Part shown: in pieces, positions 59,001 through 64,000 of the stretch | Layout of the letters: each line of letters begins with the position of its first letter | How positions within the stretch are numbered: the stretch's first letter is position 1 | DNA from: the human T2T-CHM13v2.0 reference genome, Homo sapiens | Reading direction: 5' to 3' (one strand) | NCBI RefSeq assembly: GCF_009914755.1 | Contig: NC_060933.1 | DNA: 64,000 nt | Notes under the pieces: model-generated | What the model was told of the DNA's origin: nothing | Seen by the model: the letters and a program-made list of their open reading frames with translations, nothing else | Databases searched by the model: none | Position numbers and translations under genes: made by a program

Positions 59001-61879
59001 ATTAGTTTCCATTCCATTCCATTCCCTTCCATTCCACTCTGGTTGATTGCATTCCTTTCCATTCCACTGGAATACATTCCCTCCTATTCCACTCGGAACG
59101 ATTCCATTCCATTCCATTCCATTCCATTCCATTCCAGATGATTCCATTCCATTGCATTCCGTTCCATTACATTCCCCTGCTCTCGCGTTGATTCCATTCC
59201 ATTCCATTCCATTCAATTCCATTCCATTACAATTCGTTCCGTTCCATTCTATTCCGTACCATTCCATTCGATTGCATACCATTCCATTCCATTCCATTCC
59301 ATTCCATTCCATTCCGTTCCATTCCGTTCCATTCCATACCATTCCATTCTATTCGGATTAATTCCATTCCATTCCATTCCATTCCATTCTATTCCATTCC
59401 ATTGCAATAGAGTTGAATCCATTGCATTTCATTCCATTCCAATCCATTTCATTCCATTCCGGAAGATTCCATTCCATTGCATTCCATTCCATTCCATTCC
59501 CCTGCACTCGCGTTGATTCCATTCAATTCCATTCCATTCCATTCCATTCCATTCCGTTCCGTTCCATTCCATTCCATTCCATTCCATTCCATTCCGTTCC
59601 ATTCCATTCCATTCCATTCTATTCGGGTTAATTCCATTCCATTCCATTCGATTGCAATCTAGTTGATTCCATTCCATTCCATTCCATTCCATTCCATTCC
59701 ATTCCATTCCTTTCCATTCCATTAGGGATGATTCCATTCCATTGCATTCCATTCCATTCCCTTCCCCTGTACTCGCGTTGATTCCATTCCATTCCATTCC
59801 AATCCATGCCATTCCACTCGTGTTGATTCCATTCTTTCCATTCCATTCAAGTTGAAACCATTCCATTGCATTCCATTCCATTCGATTCCATTCGATTGCA
59901 CTCGGGTTGATTCCATTCCATTGCATTCCATTCCATTCCATTCCATTCCATTCCGTTCCATTCCATTCCATTACATTCGGATTGATTCTATTCAAATCCC
60001 TTATTCTCCATTACATTCCATTCCATTCGGGTTGTTCCATTCCATTCCATTCCATTCCACTCCATTCCATTGCACTCGTGTTGTTTCCATTCCATTCCAT
60101 TCCATTCCATTCCATTCCATTCCATTCCGGATGATTCCATTCCATTGCCTTCCGTTCCATTACATTCCCCTGCACTCGGGTTGATTCCATTCCATTCCAT
60201 TCCATTCCATTCCGTTGCATTCCATTCCATTACATTCGGATTGACTCTATTCAACTCCCTTACTCTCCATTACATTCCATTCCATTCGGGTTGTTCCATT
60301 CCATTCCATTCCATTCCACTCCATTCCATTGCACTCGGGTTGATTCCATTCCATTCCATTCCATTCCATTCCGGATGATTCCATTCCATTGCATTCCATT
60401 CCATTACATTCCCCTGCACTCGGGTTGATTCCATTCCATTCCATTCCATTCCATTCCATCCGATTCCCTTCCATTCCCCTGCACTCGCGTTGATTCCATT
60501 CCATTCCATTCCATTCCATTCCATTCCATTCCTTTCCATTCCAGTCCTTTCCATTCCATTCCACTCGGGTTGATTCCATTCTATTAGTTTCCATTCCATT
60601 CCATTCCCTTCCATTCCACTCTGGTTGATTCCATTCCTTTCCATTCCACTCGAATACATTCCCTCCTATTCCACTCGGAACAATTCCATTCCATTCCATT
60701 CCATTCCATTCCATTCCATTCCATTCCATTCCATTCCATTTCGTTCCATTCCATTCTATTCCGTATCATTCCATTCCATTCCATTCCATTCCATTCCATT
60801 CCATTCCATTCCATTCCATTCCATTCCATTGTACTCGGGTTGATTCCATTCCATTGCATTCCATTCCATTCCATTCCATTCCTTTCCGTTGCATTCCATT
60901 CCATTACATTCGGATTGATTCTATTCAACTCCCTTACTCTCCATTACATTCCATTGCATTCGGGTTGTTCCATTCCATTCCATTGCATTCCACTCCTTTC
61001 CATTGCACTCGGGTTGACTCCATTCCATTCCATTCCATTCCATTCCATTCCGGATGATTCCATTCCATTGCATTCCGTTCCATTACATTCCCCTGCACTC
61101 GCGTTGATTCCATTCCATTCCATTCCATTCCATTCTATTCCATTCCATTACAATTCGTTCCATTCCATTCTATTCCGTACCATTCCATTCCATTCAATAC
61201 CATTCCATTCCATTCCATTCCATTCCATTCCGTTCCATTCCGTTCCATTCCATTCCATTCCATTCTATTCGGGTTAATTCCATTCCATTCCATTCCATTC
61301 CATTCCATTCCATTCTATTCCATTCCATTGCAATCGAGTTGAATCTATTGCATTTCATTCCATTCCATTCCATTCCATTCTATTCCGGAAGATTCCATTC
61401 CATTGCATTCCATTCCATTCCATTCCCCTGCACTCGCGTTGATTCCATTCCATTCCATTCCATTCCATTCCATTCCATTCCATTCCGTTCCGTTCCATTC
61501 CATTCCATTCCATTCCATTCCATTCCGTTCCATTCCATTCCATTCCATTCTATTCGGGTTAATTCCATTCCATTCCATTCGATTGCAATCTAGTTGATTC
61601 CATTCCATTCCATTCCGTTCCATTCCGTTCCATTGCATTCCATTCCATTCTATTCGGTTTAATCCCATTCCATTCCATTCCATTCCATTGCATTCCATTG
61701 TACTCGGGTTGATTCCATTCCATTGCATCCCATTCCATTCCATTCCATTCTATTCCATTCCGTTGCATTCCATTCCATTACATTCCGATTGATTCTATTC
61801 AACTCCCTTACTCTCCATTACATTCCATTCCATTCGGGTTGTTCCATTCCATTCCATTCCATTCCACTCCATTCCATTG

Positions 61880-63790
61880 CACTCGGGTTGATTCCATTCC
61901 ATTCCATTCCATTCCATCCCATTCCGGATGATTCCATTCCATTGCATTCCGTTCCATTACATTACCCTGCACTCGGGTTGATTCCATTCCATTCCATTCC
62001 ATTCGATTCCATTCCATTCCTATTCTTTCCATTACATTCTATACCGTACCATTCCATTCCATTCCATACAATACCATTCCATTCCATTCCACTCCGTTCC
62101 GTTCCGTTCCGTTCCGTTCCGTTCCATTCCATTGCATTCCATTCTATTCGGTTTAATTCCATTCCATTCCATTCCATTCCATTCTATTCCATTCCATTGC
62201 AATCGAGTTGAATCCATTGCATTCCATTCCATTCCATTCCATTCCATTCCATTCCATTCCATTCCGGAAGATTCCATTGATTGCATTCCATTCCATTCCA
62301 TTCCATTCCATTCCATTGTACTCGGGTTGATTCCATTCCATTGCATTCCATTCCATTCCATTCCATTCCATTCCGTTCCATTGCATTCCATTACATTCCG
62401 ATTGATTCTTTTCAACTCCCTTACTCTCCATTACATTCCATTCCATTCGGGTTGTTCCATTCCATTCCATTCCATTCCATTCCATTCCATTCCATTGCAC
62501 TCGGGTTGATTCTATTCCATTCCATTCCATTCCATTCCGGATGTTTCAATTCCATTGCATTCCGTTCCATTACATTCTGCTGCACTCGGGTTGATTCCAT
62601 TCCATTCCATTCCATTCCATTCCATTCCATTCCATTCCCCTGCACTCGCGTTGATTCCATTCCATTCCATTCCATTCCATTCCATTCCATTCCATTCCAG
62701 TCCTTTCCATTCCATTCCACTCGGGTTGATTCCATTCTATTAGTTTCCATTCCATTCCATTCCCTTCCATTCCACTCTGGTTGATTCCATTCCTTTCCAT
62801 TCCACTCGAATACATTCCCTCCTTTCCACTCGGAACGATTCCATTCCATTCCATTCCATTCCATTCCATTCTATTTCGTTCCATTCCATTCTATTCCGTA
62901 TCATTCCATTCCATTCCATTCCATTGCATTCCATTCCATTCCACTCGTGTTGATTCCATTCCTTTCTATTCCATTCGGTTTGAAGGCATTCCATTCCATT
63001 CCATTCCATTCCATTCCATTCCATTCCATTCCATGGTACTCGGGTTGATTCCATTCCATTGCATTCCATTCCATTCCATTCCATTCCATTCCATTCCGTT
63101 ACATTCCATTCCATTACATTCGGATTGATTCTATTCAACTCCCTTACTCTCCATTACATTCCATTCCATTCGGGTTGTTCCATTCCATTCCATTCCATTC
63201 CACTCCATTCCCCTGCACTCGCGTTGATTCCATTCCATTCCATTCCATTCCATTCCATTCCATTCCATTCCGTTCCGATCCATTCCATTCCATTCCATTC
63301 CGTTCCGTTCCGATCCATTCCATTCCATTCCATTCCATTCCATTCCATTCCATTCCGTTCCGTTCCATTCCATTCCATTCCATTCTATTCGGGTTAATTC
63401 CATTCCGTTCCATTCGATTGCAATCGAGTTGATTCCATTCCATTCCATTCCATTCCATTCCATTCCATTACGGATTATTCCATTCCATTGCATTCCATTC
63501 CATTCCATTCCCCTGTACTCCGGTTGATTCCATTCCATTCCATTCCAATCCATGCCATTCCACTCGTGTTGATTCCATTCTTTCCATTCCATTCAAGTTG
63601 AATCCATTCCATTGCATTCCATTCCATTCGATTCCATTCGATTGCACTCGGGTTGATTCCGTTCCATTGCATTCCATTCCATTCCATTCCATTCCATTCC
63701 ATTCCATTCCGTTCCATTCCTTTCCATTACATTCAGATTGATTCTATTCAATTCCCTTACACTCCATTCCATTCCTTTCCATTCCATTCC
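61880..63790 (+). repeat. Dispersed paralogue of about 33880-35760 (offset about 28.0 kb)
   Basis: CCATCCCATTCCGGATG at 33912/61914; GGGTTGATTCTATTCC at 34502/62503; ACGGATTATTCC at 35444/63470. Confidence 0.85.
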
Positions 63791-64000
63791 ATTCCATTCC
63801 ATTCCATTCCATTCCATTACAATTCTTTCCATTCCATTCTATTCTGTACCATTCCATTCGATTCCATACCATTCCATTCCATTCCATTCCATTCCATTCC
63901 ATTCCGTTCCATTCCGTTCCATTCCATACCATTCCATTCTATTCGGATTAATTCCATTCCATTCCATTCCATTCCATTCTTTTCCATTCCATTGCAATCG

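Larger units (their letters stand above)
1..64000 (+). repeat. Human Satellite III (HSat3) array, (CATTC)n, C-rich strand on +
   Basis: Seen: the CATTC pentamer dominates every line and is interrupted by ACTCGGGTTG/ATTCGGGTTA/AATCGAGTTG spacers. Established: ATTCC arrays interspersed with A(C/T)TCGGGTTG (reverse complement CAACCCGAGT) define Satellite III. HSat2 instead is dominated by CATTCGATTC-type ~23-26-bp units, which do not dominate here. Chromosome and subfamily cannot be assigned without a search. Confidence 0.97.

Noticed and set aside
1-64000. CRISPR-like pattern of conserved short motifs separated by variable spacers
   Set aside because: The intervening sequences are pentamer runs of irregular length rather than unique spacers. 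There is no constant 23-47-bp repeat, leader or cas gene.
1-64000. Alu/L1/LTR insertion, strand inversion, telomeric or alpha-satellite sequence
   Set aside because: I saw no non-satellite stretch, poly(A) tail, plus-strand GGAAT block, TTAGGG array, 171-bp monomer or CENP-B box.

Overview
The whole 64-kb window is one uninterrupted classical satellite array. It consists of (CATTC)n/(GGAAT)n pentamers punctuated by the decamer A(C/T)TCGGGTTG and related spacers, which is the signature of human/hominid Satellite III (HSat3). The C-rich strand is on + throughout. I saw no inversion, transposon, RNA gene, CRISPR array or credible protein-coding gene; all ORFs (IPFHS/MEWNG repeats) are artefacts of translating a stop-free pentamer. 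The real structure is a mosaic of about 7 reused variant modules plus nested duplications. These are a young ~5.19-kb triplication (~35.3-50.9 kb) whose middle copy is a recombinant, older ~2.4-kb, ~1.15-kb, ~0.98-kb and ~0.83-kb tandem duplications, several 14-325-bp micro-duplications, and dispersed paralogy at ~17, ~19-21, ~28 and ~45 kb. The most functionally suggestive signal is about 25 perfect three-unit heat-shock elements (ATTCC-GGAAG-ATTCC type) produced by one module variant and concentrated in the right half. I found no support for a new gene system. If this window came from a non-primate or microbial assembly, it is human contamination. Coordinates were read by eye: marker positions are approximate to a few bp, and duplication boundaries to about 30-50 bp.
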